Below, one piece after another: positions 42,821 to 57,099 of a DNA stretch of 64,000 nucleotides. Each line of letters opens with the position of its first letter. Position 1 is the stretch's first letter. The position numbers were made by a program, and so were the translations under genes. The notes under the pieces were generated by a model, which made no database searches, had not been told where the DNA came from, and saw only the letters and a program-made list of their open reading frames with translations. This stretch comes from the human T2T-CHM13v2.0 reference genome, Homo sapiens: NCBI RefSeq assembly GCF_009914755.1, contig NC_060948.1; one strand, given 5' to 3'.

Positions 42821-45800
42821 GCCCTTGAATTAAATGGACTGGAATGGAATGGACTCGAACAGAGTGGAATGGAAAGTGTTGAGATAGAATGGAATGGACT
42901 CCTTTGGAATGGTGTAGTATGCAATGCAATCGACTGGCAGGGAATCAAAAGGAATGTAATGGAATGGATTGGACTGGAATGCAATGGACTCGAATAGATT
43001 GGAAACGGAATGCAAAGGAATGGAATGGAATAGTATGGAATGGAATGGAAAGGAATGGAGTGGAATAGACTAGAGTGGAATGGAATGGACTGGAAAGCAA
43101 TGGACTGGAATGGAACTTTCTTGAATGGACTGGAATCAAACGGAATGGAATGCAATGCAATCAAATGGCATGGAATAAAATAGAATGAAAGAGAATCAAA
43201 TGGAATTGAATCGAATGGAATCGAATGGATTGGAAAGGAATAGAATGGAATGGAATGGAATGGACTAGAATGGAATGGATTCGAATGGAAGGCAAAGGAA
43301 TGGAATCTATTGGAATGGACTGTAATGGAATGGAATGGAAGGGATTGGAATGGACTCGAATGGAATGGACTGCAATAGAAAGGATTCGAATGGAATGAAA
43401 AAGAATTGAATGGAATAGAACAGAATGGAATCAAATCGAATGAAATGGAATGGAATAGAAAGGAATGGAATGAAATGGAATGGAAAGGATTCGAATGGAA
43501 TGCAATCGAATGGAATGGAATCGAACGGAATGGAATAAAATGGAAGAAAACTGGCAAGAAATGGAATCGAAATGAATGGAGTGTTATGGAACGGACTCAA
43601 AAGGAATTGAATGTAATAGAATGGAGTGGAGTGGACTCGAATATAATGGACTGGAATGGAATGAAATCACAAGGAATGGGAACGAATGGAATGGAATGGA
43701 AAGGAATGGAATCGAATGGAAAGGAATCGAATGGAAGGGAATGAAATTGAATCAACAGGAATGGAAGGGAATAGAATAGACGGTAATGGAATGGACTCGA
43801 ATAGAATGGACACTAATGCTCAAATTGAATGGACTCGAATGGAATGGAAACGAAAGGAATGTCATCGAATGGAATTGAATGGATTGGAATGAAATCGCAT
43901 AGAATGGAGTGGAATCAAATGGAATTGAATCGAAAGGAAAGGAAGCGAATGGACTGAAATGAAATGGAATGGAATTGAATGGAAAGTAATGCAATGGAAT
44001 AGAATGGAACGAAATTTCACGGAATGGAATCAAACTGAATGGAATCAAATCAATGGAATCAAATCAAATGGAATGGAAAGGAATTGAATGGAGTAGATTG
44101 GATTGGATGGGATTGGAATGAAATGTACTGGAAAGGACTCGAATTTCATGAAACGGAATGGAATGAATTGGAACGGAATGGACTCGAATGGAATGGAATG
44201 TCATGGAATGGCATCAAATGGAATGGAATCGAATGCAATGGAATGCTATGGAATGGAATGGAATGCATTGGAATGGAATGTCCTCTAATGGAATGGATTC
44301 GAATGGAATGGAATCGAATATAATGGAGTCGAATGAAATGGAATTGAAAGGAATGGGATCGAATACAATGGAATATACTGGAATGTAATGTAATGAACTC
44401 GAATGTAATTGACTGGAATGGAATGTACATGAATGGAATGTAATCGAATGGAAAGTAATCCAATGGAATAGAATCTAATGCAATAAAATCGACTCAGATA
44501 GAGTAGAATGTAATGGAATGGAGTGCAGTGCAATGGAATGGAATGGAATGGAATGCAATGGAATGGAATGGAATGGAATGGAATGGAATGGAATGGGATG
44601 GAATGGGATGGAATGGTATGGAATGGATAGTAATGGACTGGAGTGAAATGGACTGGAAAGGAATGGACTCAAATTGAAAGGGCTCGAAAGGAATGGAGTC
44701 AAATGGAATGGTCTGGAATGGAATGAACACGAATGTAATGCAATCCAATAGAATGGAATCGAATGGCATGGAATATAAAGAAATGGAATCGAAGAGAATG
44801 GAAACAAATGGAATGGAATTGAATGGAATGGAATTGAATGGAATGGGAACGAATGGAGTGAAATTGTATGCAGTAGAAGGGAATAGAATGGAATGCAAGC
44901 GAAAGGAAAGGAATGGATTGGAATGGAATGGAATTCATTGGAATGGAAGGGAATGTAGTGTAATGGACAGGCCTGGAATAAAGTGGAATGCTACGGTCTC
45001 GAATGGAATAAAAATGTATGGAATGGAATGCAATGAAACGGAATCGAATGTCATAGAATGTAATGGAATGCAAAAAAATGGAATCCAAAATCATTGACTG
45101 GAAAGGCTGGGTGTCGAAAGGAATTGACTCCAATGGAATGGAATCGAATGGAATGGAAGTGAATAGAATCGAACTAAATCGAATGGAATGGAATTGATAG
45201 GAACGGAATGGAAAGGAATGCAATGATTTGGCATGGAATGGAATCGAATGGCATCGAATGGAATGGAATGGAATGCAATGGAATGGAATGTATTAGAATG
45301 TAATGAACTTTAATGGAATGTACTCGAATGGATTCGACTGGAATGGAATGTTCTGGAAGTGAATGGACTCCAATGGAATGGATTCAAAAGGAATGGAATC
45401 GTACGGAATGGAATCTAATGGAATGGAATTAAATGGAAATGAATCAAATTGAATAGCACGGAATTGAATTGAATGGAATGGAATGCAATGGAATCTAATG
45501 AAACGGAAAGGAAAGGAATGGAATGGAATGGAATGGGCTGGAATGGAAAGGAATCGAAACGAATGGAATGGAATCGAACTGAAGAGACTGGAATGGAATG
45601 CACTGGAATGGAAGGGAGTGTAATGGAAGGTTGTCGAAAAAAATGGAATCGAATGGAATGGAATTGAATGGAACGGAATAGAGTCGAATGGAATTGAATG
45701 GAATGGAATGGACTAGAGTGAAATGGAATCGAACCACAAGGAATGGACAGGAATAGAATGGTCTCGAATTGAATGGAATCGTATGGAATGGCATCAAACG

Positions 45801-46369
45801 GAATGGAATGGACAGCCACGGAATGGAATGCACTCGAATGCAATGGAGTCGAAACTAATGGACTGGAATAGAATGGACTCGACTGGTACGGACTCCAATG
45901 GAATGGAATCGAATGGAAGGGAATCGAACGGAATGGACTCGAAGGGAAAAGACTGCAATGGAAAGGTCTCGAATGGAATGGAAATTAATGGAATGGAATG
46001 GAATCGAATGAAATGGAGTCAAAAGGAATGGAATCGAATGGCAAGAAATCGAATGTAATGGAATCGCAAGGAATTGATGTGAACGGAACGGAATGGAATG
46101 GAATCCAAAGGAATGGAATAGAATGGAATGGAATCGAATGGAAAGGACTCGAATGGAAATCACTCGAATAGAATGCAATTTAATAAAATAGGATCAAATG
46201 TAATGGAATGGAATGGAAAGGAATCGAAACGAAAGGAATGGAGACAGATGGAATGGAATGGAACAGAGAGCAATGGTATAGAATGGAATGGAATCATCTG
46301 GAATGGAATTGAATGGAATGGAATAATATGAAATGGAATGGAATGGAATGGAATGGAATGGAATGGAAT
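42821..46369 (-). repeat. DYZ1 unit U13 (3549 bp)
   Basis: 15-bp deletions at ~43260 and ~44215; GGACACTAAT at 43814. Confidence 0.9.
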
Positions 46370-49300
46370 GCCCTTGAATTAAATGGACTGGAATGGAATG
46401 GACTCGAACAGAGTGGAATGGAAAGTGTTGAGATAGAATGCAATGGACTCCTTCGGAATGGTCTAGTATGCAATGCAATCGACTGGCAGGGAATCAAAAG
46501 GAATGTAATCGAATGGATTGGACTGGAATGCAGTGGACTCGAATAGATTGGAAACGGAATGCAAAGGAATGGAATGGAATAGTATGGAATGGAATGGAAA
46601 GGAATGGAGTGGAATAGACTAGAGTGGAATGGAATGGACTGGAAAGCAATGGACTGGAATGGAACTTTCTTGAATGGACTGGAATCAAACGGAATGGAAT
46701 GCAATGCAATCAAATGGCATGGAATAAAATAGAATGAAAGAGAATCAAATGGAATTGAATCGAATGGAATCGAATGGATTGGAAAGGAATAGAATGGAAT
46801 GGAATGGAATTGACTCAAATGGAATGGACTAGAATGGAATGGATTCGAATGGAAGGCAAAGGAATGGAATCTATTGGAATGGACTGTAATGGAATGGAAT
46901 GGAAGGGATTGGAATGGACTCGAATGGAATGGACTGCAATAGAAAGGATTCGAATGGAATGAAAAAGAATTGAATGGAATAGAACAGAATGGAATCAAAT
47001 CGAATGAAATGGAATGGAATAGAAAGGAATGGAATGAAATGGAATGGAAAGGATTCGAATGGAATGCAATCGAATGGAATGGAATCGAACGGAATGGAAT
47101 AAAATGGAAGAAAACTGGCAAGAAATGGAATCGAAATGAATGGAGTGTTATGGAACGGACTCAAAAGGAATTGAATGTAATAGAATGGAGTGGAGTGGAC
47201 TCGAATATAATGGACTGGAATGGAATGAAATCACATGGAATGGGAACGAATGGAATGGAATGGAAAGGAATGGAATCGAATGGAAAGGAATCGAATGGAA
47301 GGGAATGAAATTGAATCAACAGGAATGGAAGGGAATAGAATACACGGTAATGGAATGGACTCGAATAGAATGGACACGAATGCTCAAATTGAATGGACTC
47401 CAATGGAATGGAAACGAAAGGAATGTCATCGAATAGAATTGAATTGACTGGAATGAAATCGCAAGAATGGAGTGGAATCAAATGGAATTGAATCGAAAGG
47501 AAAGGAAGCGAATGGACTGAAATGAAATGGAATGGAATTGAATGGAAAGTAATGCAATGGAATAGAATGGAACGAAATTTCACGGAATGGAATCAAACTG
47601 AAAGGAATCAAATCAATGGAATCTAATCAAATGGAATGGAAAGGATTTGAATGGAGTAGATTGGATTGGATGGGATTGGAGTGAAATGTACTGGAAAGGA
47701 CTCGAATTTCATGAAACGGAATGGAATGAATTGGAACGGAATGGACTCGAATGGAATGGAATGTCATGGAATGGCATCAAATGGAATGGCATCAAATGGA
47801 ATGGAATCGAATGCAATGGAATGCTATGGAATGGAATGGAATGCATTGGAATGGAATGTCCTCTAATGGAATGGATTCGAGTGGAATGGAATCGAATATA
47901 ATGGAGTCGAATGAAATGGAATTGAAAGGAATGGGATCGAATACAATGGAATATGCTGGAATGTAATGTAATGAACTCGAATGTAATTGACTGGAATGGA
48001 ATGTACATGAATGGAATGTAATCGAATGGAAAGTAATCCAATGGAATAGAATCTAATGCAATAAAATCGACTCAGATAGAGTAGAATGTAATGGAATGGA
48101 GTGCAGTACAATGGAATGGAATGGAATGCAATGGAATGGAATGGAATGGAATGGAATGGAATGGAATGGAATGGGATGGAATGGGATGGAATGGTATGGA
48201 ATGGATAGTAATGGACTGGAGTGAAATGGACTGGAAAGGAATGGACTCAAATTGAAAGGGCTCGAAAGGAATGGAGTCAAATGGAATGGTCTGGAATGGA
48301 ATGAACACGAATGTAATGCAATCCAATAGAATGGAATCGAATGGCATGGAATATAAAGAAATGGAATCGAAGAGAATGGAAACAAATGGAATGGAATTGA
48401 ATGGAATGGAATTGAATGGAATGGGAACGAATGGAGTGAAATTGTATGCAGTAGAAGGGAATAGAATGGAATGCAAGCGAAAGGAAAGGAATGGATTGGA
48501 ATGGAATGGAATTCATTGGAATGGAAGGGAATGTAGTGTAATGGACAGGCCTGGAATAAAGTGGAATGCTACGGTCTCGAATGGAATAAAAATGTATGGA
48601 ATGGAATGCAATGAAACGGAATCGAATGTCATAGAATGTAATGGAATGCAAAAAAATGGAATCCAAAATCATTGACTGGAAAGGCTGGGTGTCGAAAGGA
48701 ATTGACTCCAATGGTATGGAATCGAATGGAATGGAAGTGAATAGAATCGAACTAAATCGAATGGAATGGAATTGATAGGAACGGAATGGAAAGGAATGCA
48801 ATGAATTGGCATGGAATGGAATCGAATGGCATCGAATGGAATGGAATGGAATGCAATGGAATGGAATGTATTAGAATGTAATGAACTTTAATGGAATGTA
48901 CTCGAATGGATTCGACTGGAATGGAATGTTCTGGAAGTGAATGGACTCCAATGGAATGGATTCAAAAGGAATGGAATCGTACGGAATGGAATCTAATGGA
49001 ATGGAATTAAATGGAAATGAATCAAATTGAATAGCACGGAATTGAATTGAATGGAATGGAATGCAATGGAATCTAATGAAACGGAAAGGAAAGGAATGGA
49101 ATGGAATGGAATGGGCTGGAATGGAAAGGAATCGAAACGAATGGAATGGAATCGAACTGAAGAGACTGGAATGGAATGCACTGGAATGGAAGGGAGTGTA
49201 ATGGAAGGTTCTCGAAAAAAATGGAATCGAATGGAATGGAATTGAATGGAACGGAATAGAGTCGAATGGAATTGAATGGAATGGAATGGACTAGAGTGAA

Positions 49301-49937
49301 ATGGAATCGAACCAGAAGGAATGGACAGGAATAGAATGGTCTCGAATTGAATGGAATCGTATGGAATGGCATCAAACGGAATGGAATGGACAGCCACGGA
49401 ATGGAATGCACTCGAATGCAATGGAGTCGAAACTAATGGACTGGAATAGAATGGACTCGACTGGTACGGACTCCAATGGAATGGAATCGAATGGAAGGGA
49501 ATCGAACGGAATGGACTCGAAGGGAAAAGACTGCAATGGAAAGGTCTCGAATGGAATGGAAATTAATGGAATGGAATGGAATCGAATGAAATGGAGTCAA
49601 AAGGAATGGAATCGAATGGCAAGAAATCGAATGTAATGGAATCGCAAGGAATTGATGTGAACGGAACGGAATGGAATGGAATCCAAAGGAATGGAATAGA
49701 ATGGAATGGAATCGAATGGAAAGGACTCGAATGGAAATCACTCGAATAGAATGCAATTTAATAAAATAGGATCAAATGTAATGGAATGGAATGGAAAGGA
49801 ATCGAAACGAAAGGAATGGAGACAGATGGAATGGAATGGAACAGAGAGCAATGGTATAGAATGGAATGGAATCATCTGGAATGGAATTGAATGGAATGGA
49901 ATAATATGAAATGGAATGGAATGGAATGGAATGGAAT
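46370..49937 (-). repeat. DYZ1 unit U14 (3568 bp), B-type
   Basis: B markers; GGATTTGAAT at 47646. Confidence 0.9.
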
Positions 49938-52900
49938 GCCCTTGAATTAAATGGACTGGAATGGAATGGACTCGAACAGAGTGGAATGGAAAGTGTTGAG
50001 ATAGAATGGAATGGACTCCTTTGGAATGGTGTAGTATGCAATGCAATCGACTGGCAGGGAATCAAAAGGAATGTAATGGAATGGATTGGACTGGAATGCA
50101 ATGGACTCGAATAGATTGGAAACGGAATGCAAAGGAATGGAATGGAATAGTATGGAATGGAATGGAAAGGAATGGAGTGGAATAGACTAGAGTGGAATGG
50201 AATGGACTGGAAAGCAATGGACTGGAATGGAACTTTCTTGAATGGACTGGAATCAAACGGAATGGAATGCAATGCAATCAAATGGCATGGAATAAAATAG
50301 AATGAAAGAGAATCAAATGGAATTGAATCGAATGGAATCGAATGGATTGGAAAGGAATAGAATGGAATGGAATGGAATTGACTCAAATGGAATGGACTAG
50401 AATGGAATGGATTCGAATGGAAGGCAAAGGAATGGAATCTATTGGAATGGACTGTAATGGAATGGAATGGAAGGGATTGGAATGGACTCGAATGGAATGG
50501 ACTGCAATAGAAAGGATTCGAATGGAATGAAAAAGAATTGAATGGAATAGAACAGAATGGAATCAAATCGAATGAAATGGAATGGAATAGAAAGGAATGG
50601 AATGAAATGGAATGGAAAGGATTCGAATGGAATGCAATCGAATGGAATGGAATCGAACGGAATGGAATAAAATGGAAGAAAACTGGCAAGAAATGGAATC
50701 GAAATGAATGGAGTGTTATGGAACGGACTCAAAAGGAATTGAATGTAATAGAATGGAGTGGAGTGGACTCGAATATAATGGACTGGAATGGAATGAAATC
50801 ACATGGAATGGGAACGAATGGAATGGAATGGAAAGGAATGGAATCGAATGGAAAGGAATCGAATGGAAGGGAATGAAATTGAATCAACAGGAATGGAAGG
50901 GAATAGAATAGACGGTAATGGAATGGACTCGAATAGAATGGACACGAATGCTGAAATTGAATGGACTCGAATGGAATGGAAACGAAAGGAATGTCATCGA
51001 ATGGAATTGAATCGATTGGAATGAAATCGCATAGAATGGAGTGGAATCAAATGGAATTGAATCGAAAGGAAAGGAAGCGAATGGACTGAAATGAAATGGA
51101 ATGGAATTGAATGGAAAGTAATGCAATGGAATAGAATGGAATGAAATTTCACGGAATGGAATCAAACTGAATGGAATCAAATCAATGGAATCAAATCAAA
51201 TGGAATGGAAAGGAATTGAATGGAGTAGATTGGATTCGATGGGATTGGAATGAAATGTACTGGAAAGGACTCGAATTTCATGAAACGGAATGGAATGAAT
51301 TGGAACGGAATGGACTCGAATGGAATGGAATGTCATGGAATGGCATCAAATGGAATGGCATCAAATGGAATGGAATCGAATGCAATGGAATGCTATGGAA
51401 TCGAATGGAATGCATTGGAATGGAATGTCCTCTAATGGAATGGATTCGAGTGGAATGGAATCGAATATAATGGAGTCGAATGAAATGGAATTGAAAGGAG
51501 TGGGATCGAATACAATGGAATATACTGGAATGTAATGTAATGAACTCGAATGTAATTGACTGGAATGGAATGTACATGAATGGAATGTAATCGAATGGAA
51601 AGTAATCCAATGGAATAGAATCTAATGCAATAAAACCGACTCAGATAGAGTAGAATGTAATGGAATGGAGTGCAGTGCAATGGAATGGAATGGAATGGAA
51701 TGGAATGCAATGGAATGGAATGGAATGGAATGGAATGGAATGGAATGGAATTGAATGGAATGGAATGGGATGGAATGGGATGGAATGGATAGTAATGGAC
51801 TGGAGTGAAATGGACTGGAAAGGAATGGACTCAAATTGAAAGGGCTCGAAAGGAATGGAGTCAAATGGAATGGTCTGGAATGGAATGAACACGAATGTAA
51901 TGCAATCCAATAGAATGGAATCGAATGGCATGGAATATAAAGAAATGGAATCGAAGAGAATGGAAACAAATGGAATGGAATTGAATGGAATGGAATTGAA
52001 TGGAATGGGAACGAATGGAGTGAAATTGTATGCAGTAGAAGGGAATAGAATGGAATGCAAGCGAAAGGAAAGGAATGGATTGGAATGGAATGGAATTCAT
52101 TGGAATGGAAGGGAATGTAGTGTAATGGACAGGCCTGGAATAAAGTGGAATGCTACGGTCTCGAATGGAATAAAAATGTATGGAATGGAATGCAATGAAA
52201 CGGAATCGAATGTCATAGAATGTAATGGAATGCAAAAAAATGGAATCCAAAATCATTGACTGGAAAGGCTGGGTGTCGAAAGGAATTGACTCCAATGGAA
52301 TGGAATCGAATGGAATGGAAGTGAATAGAATCGAACTAAATCGAATGGAATGGAATTGATAGGAACGGAATGGAAAGGAATGCAATGATTTGGCATGGAA
52401 TGGAATCGAATGGCATCGAATGGAATGGAATGGAATGCAATGGAATGGAATGTATTAGAATGTAATGAACTTTAATGGAATGTACTCGAATGGATTCGAC
52501 TGGAATGGAATGTTCTGGAAGTGAATGGACTCCAATGGAATGGATTCCAAAGGAATGGAATCGTACGGAATGGAATCTAATGGAATGGAATTAAATGGAA
52601 ATGAATCAAATTGAATAGCACGGAATTGAATTGAATGGAATGGAATGCAATGGAATCTAATGAAACGGAAAGGAAAGGAATGGAATGGAATGGAATGGGC
52701 TGGAATGGAAAGGAATCGAAACGAATGGAATGGAATCGAACTGAAGAGACTGGAATGGAATGCACTGGAATGGAAGGGAGTGTAACGGAAGGTTCTCGAA
52801 AAAAATGGAATCGAATGGAATGGAATTGAATGGAACGGAATAGAGTCGAATGGAATTGAATGGAATGGAATGGACTAGAGTGAAATGGAATCGAACCACA

Positions 52901-53521
52901 AGGAATGGACAGGAATAGAATGGTCTCGAATTGAATGGAATCGTATGGAATGGCATCAAACGGAATGGAATGGACAGCCACGGAATGGAATGCACTCGAA
53001 TGCAATGGAGTCGAAACTAATGGACTGGAATAGAATGGACTCGACTGGTACGGACTCCAATGGAATGGAATCGAATGGAAGGGAATCGAACGGAATGGAC
53101 TCGAAGGGAAAAGACTGCAATGGAAAGGTCTCGAATGGAATGGAATGGAATCGAATGAAATGGAGTCAAAAGGAATGGAATCGAATGGCAAGAAATCGAA
53201 TGTAATGGAATCGCAAGGAATTGATGTGAACGGAACGGAATGGAATGGAATCCAAAGGAATGGAATAGAATGGAATGGAATCGAATGGAAAGGACTCGAA
53301 TGGAAATCACTCGAATAGAATGCAATTTAATAAAATAGGATCAAATGTAATGGAATGGAATGGAAAGGAATCGAAACGAAAGGAATGGAGACAGATGGAA
53401 TGGAATGGAACAGAGAGCAATGGTATAGAATGGAATGGAATCATCTGGAATGGAATTGAATGGAATGGAATAATATGAAATGGAATGGAATGGAATGGAA
53501 TGGAATGGAATGGAATGGAAT
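49938..53521 (-). repeat. DYZ1 unit U15 (3584 bp)
   Basis: Shares U12 markers; 15-bp deletion at ~53140. Confidence 0.9.
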
Positions 53522-56500
53522 GCCCTTGAATTAAATGGACTGGAATAGAATGGACTCGAACAGAGTGGAATGGATAGTGTTGAGATAGAATGCAATGGAC
53601 TCCTTCGGAATGGTGTAGTATGCAATGCAATCGACTGGCAGGGAATCAAAAGGAATGTAATCGAATGGATTGGACTGGAATGCAGTGGACTCGAATAGAT
53701 TGGAAACGGAATGCAAAGGAATGGAATGGAATAGTATGGAATGGAATGGAAAGGAATGGAGTGGAATAGACTAGAGTGGAATGGAATGGACTGGAAAGCA
53801 ATGGACTGGAATGGAACTTTCTTGAATGGACTGGAATCGAACGGAATGGAATGCAATGCAATCAAATGGCATGGAATAAAATAGAATGAAAGAGAATCAA
53901 ATGGAATTGAATCGAATGGAATCGAATGGATTGGAAAGGAATAGAATGGAATGGAATGGAATTGACTCAAATAGAATGGACTAGAATGGAATGGATTCGA
54001 ATGGAAGGCAAAGGAATGGAATCTATTGGAATGGACTGTAATGGAATGGAATGGAAGGGATTGGAATGGACTCGAATGGAATGGACTGCAATAGAAAGGA
54101 TTCGAATGGAATGAAAAAGAATTGAACGGAATAGAACAGAATGGAATCAAATCGAATGAAATGGAATGGAATAGAAAGGAATGGAATGAAATGGAATGGA
54201 AAGGATTCGAATGGAATGCAATCGAATGGAATGGAATCGAACGGAATGGAATAAAATGGAAGAAAACTGGCAAGAAATGGAATAGAAATGAATGGAGTTT
54301 TATGGAACGGACTCAAAAGGAATTGAATGTAATAGAATGGAGTGGAGTGGACTCGAATATAATGGACTGGAATGGAATGAAATCACATGGAATGGGAACG
54401 AATGGAATGGAATGGAAAGGAATGGAATCGAATGGAAAGGAATCGAATGGAAGGGAATGAAATTGAATCAACAGGAATGGAAGGGAATAGAATAGACGGT
54501 AATGGAATGGACTCGAATAGAATGGACACGAATGCTCAAATTGAATGGACTCCAATGGAATGGAAACGAAAGGAGTTTCATCGAATAGAATTGAATCGAT
54601 TGGAATGAAATCGCAAGAATGGAGTGGAATCAAATGGAATTGAATCGAAAGGAAAGGAAGCGAATGGACTGAAATGAAATGGAATGGAATTGAATGGAAA
54701 GTAATGCAATGGAATAGAATGGAACGAAATTTCACGGAATGGAATCAAACTGAAAGGAATCAAATCAATGGAATCTAATCAAATGGAATGGAAAGGAATT
54801 GAATGTAGTAGATTGGATTGGATGGGATTGGAGTGAAATGTACTGGAAAGGACTCGAATTTCATGAAACGGAATGGAATGAATTGGAACGGAATGGACTC
54901 GAATGGAATGGAATGTCATGGAATGGCATCAAATGGAATGGCATCAAATGGAATGGAATCGAATGCAATGGAATGCTATGGAATGGAATGGAATGCATTG
55001 GAATGGAATGTCCTCTAATGGAATGGATTCGAGTGGAATGGAATCGAATATAATGGAGTCGAATGAAATGGAATTGAAAGGAATGGGATCGAATACAATG
55101 GAATATACTGGAATGAAATGTAATGAACTCGAATGTAATTGACTGGAATGGAATGTACATGAATGGAATGTAATCGAATGGAAGGTAATCCAAAGGAATA
55201 GAATCTAATGCAATAAAATCGACTCAGATAGAGTAGAATGTAATGGAATGGAGTGCAGTACAATGGAATGGAATGGAATGCAATGGAATGGAATGGAATG
55301 GAATGGAATGGAATGGAATGGAATGGAATGGAATGGGATGGAATGGGATGGAATGGTATGGAATGGATAGTAATGGACTGGAGTGAAATGGACTGGAAAG
55401 GAATGGACTCAAATTGAAAGGGCTCGAAAGGAATGGAGTCAAATGGAATGGTCTGGAATGGAATGAACACGAATGTAATGCAATCCAATAGAATGGAATC
55501 GAATGGCATGGAATATAAAGAAATGGAATCGAAGAGAATGGAAACAAATGGAATGGAATTGAATGGAATGGAATTGAATGGAATGGGAACGAATGGAGTG
55601 AAATTGTATGCAGTAGAAGGGAATAGAATGGAATGCAAGCGAAAGGAAAGGAATGGATTGGAATGGAATGGAATTCATTGGAATGGAAGGGAATGTAGTG
55701 TAATGGACAGGCCTGGAATAAAGTGGAATGCTACGGTCTCGAATGGAATAAAAATGTATGGAATGGAATGCAATGAAACGGAATCGAATGTCATAGAATG
55801 TAATGGAATGCAAAAAAATGGAATCCAAAATCATTGACTGGAAAGGCTGGGTGTCGAAAGGAATTGACTCCAATGGTATGGAATCGAATGGAATGGAAGT
55901 GAATAGAATCGAACTAAATCGAATGGAATGGAATTGATAGGAACGGAATGGAAAGGAATGCAATGATTTGGCATGGAATGGAATCGAATGGCATCGAATG
56001 GAATGGAATGGAATGCAATGGAATGGAATGTATTAGAATGTAATGAACTTTAATGGAATGTACTCGAATGGATTCGACTGGAATGGAATGTTCTGGAAGT
56101 GAATGGACTCCAATGGAATGGATTCCAAAGGAATGGAATCGTACGGAATGGAATCTAATGGAATGGAATTAAATGGAAATGAATCAAATTGAATAGCACG
56201 GAATTGAATTGAATGGAATGGAATGCAATGGAATCTAATGAAACGGAAAGGAAAGGAATGGAATGGAATGGAATGGGCTGGAATGGAAAGGAATCGAAAC
56301 GAATGGAATGGAATCGAACTGAAGAGACTGGAATGGAATGCACTGGAATGGAAGGGAGTGTAATGGAAGGTTCTCGAAAAAAATGGAATCGAATGGAATG
56401 GAATTGAATGGAACGGAATAGAGTCGAATGGAATTGAATGGAATGGAATGGACTAGAGTGAAATGGAATCGAACCACAAGGAATGGACAGGAATAGAATG

Positions 56501-57099
56501 GTCTCGAATTGAATGGAATCGTATGGAATGGCATCAAACGGAATGGAATGGACAGCCACGGAATGGAATGCACTGGAATGCAATGGAGTCGAAACTAATG
56601 GACTGGAATAGAATGGACTCGACTGGTACGGACTCCAATGGAATGGAATCGAATGGAAGGGAATCGAACGGAATGGACTCGAAGGGAAAAGACTGCAATG
56701 GAAAGGTCTCGAATGGAATGGAAATTAATGGAATGGAATGGAATCGAATGAAATGGAGTCAAAAGGAATGGAATCGAATGGCAAGAAATCGAATGTAATG
56801 GAATCGCAAGGAATTGATGTGAACGGAACGGAATGGAATGGAATCCAAAGGAATGGAATAGAATGGAATGGAATCGAATGGAAAGGACTCGAATGGAAAT
56901 CACTCGAATAGAATGCAATTTAATAAAATAGGATCAAATGTAATGGAATGGAATGGAAAGGAATCGAAACGAAAGGAATGGAGACAGATGGAATGGAATG
57001 GAACAGAGAGCAATGGTATAGAATGGAATGGAATCATCTGGAATGGAATTGAATGGAATTTAATAATATGAAATGGAATGGAATGGAATGGAATGGAAT
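53522..57099 (-). repeat. DYZ1 unit U16 (3578 bp), divergent B-type
   Basis: Most B markers including the 1-bp deletion at ~54615, but retains GGTGTAG and ATACTGG. Confidence 0.9.

Noticed and set aside
7138-57099. Mirror symmetry of the B spacing (2,3,3,3,2) as a palindrome
   Set aside because: All units are in the same orientation, and six points can easily look symmetric by chance
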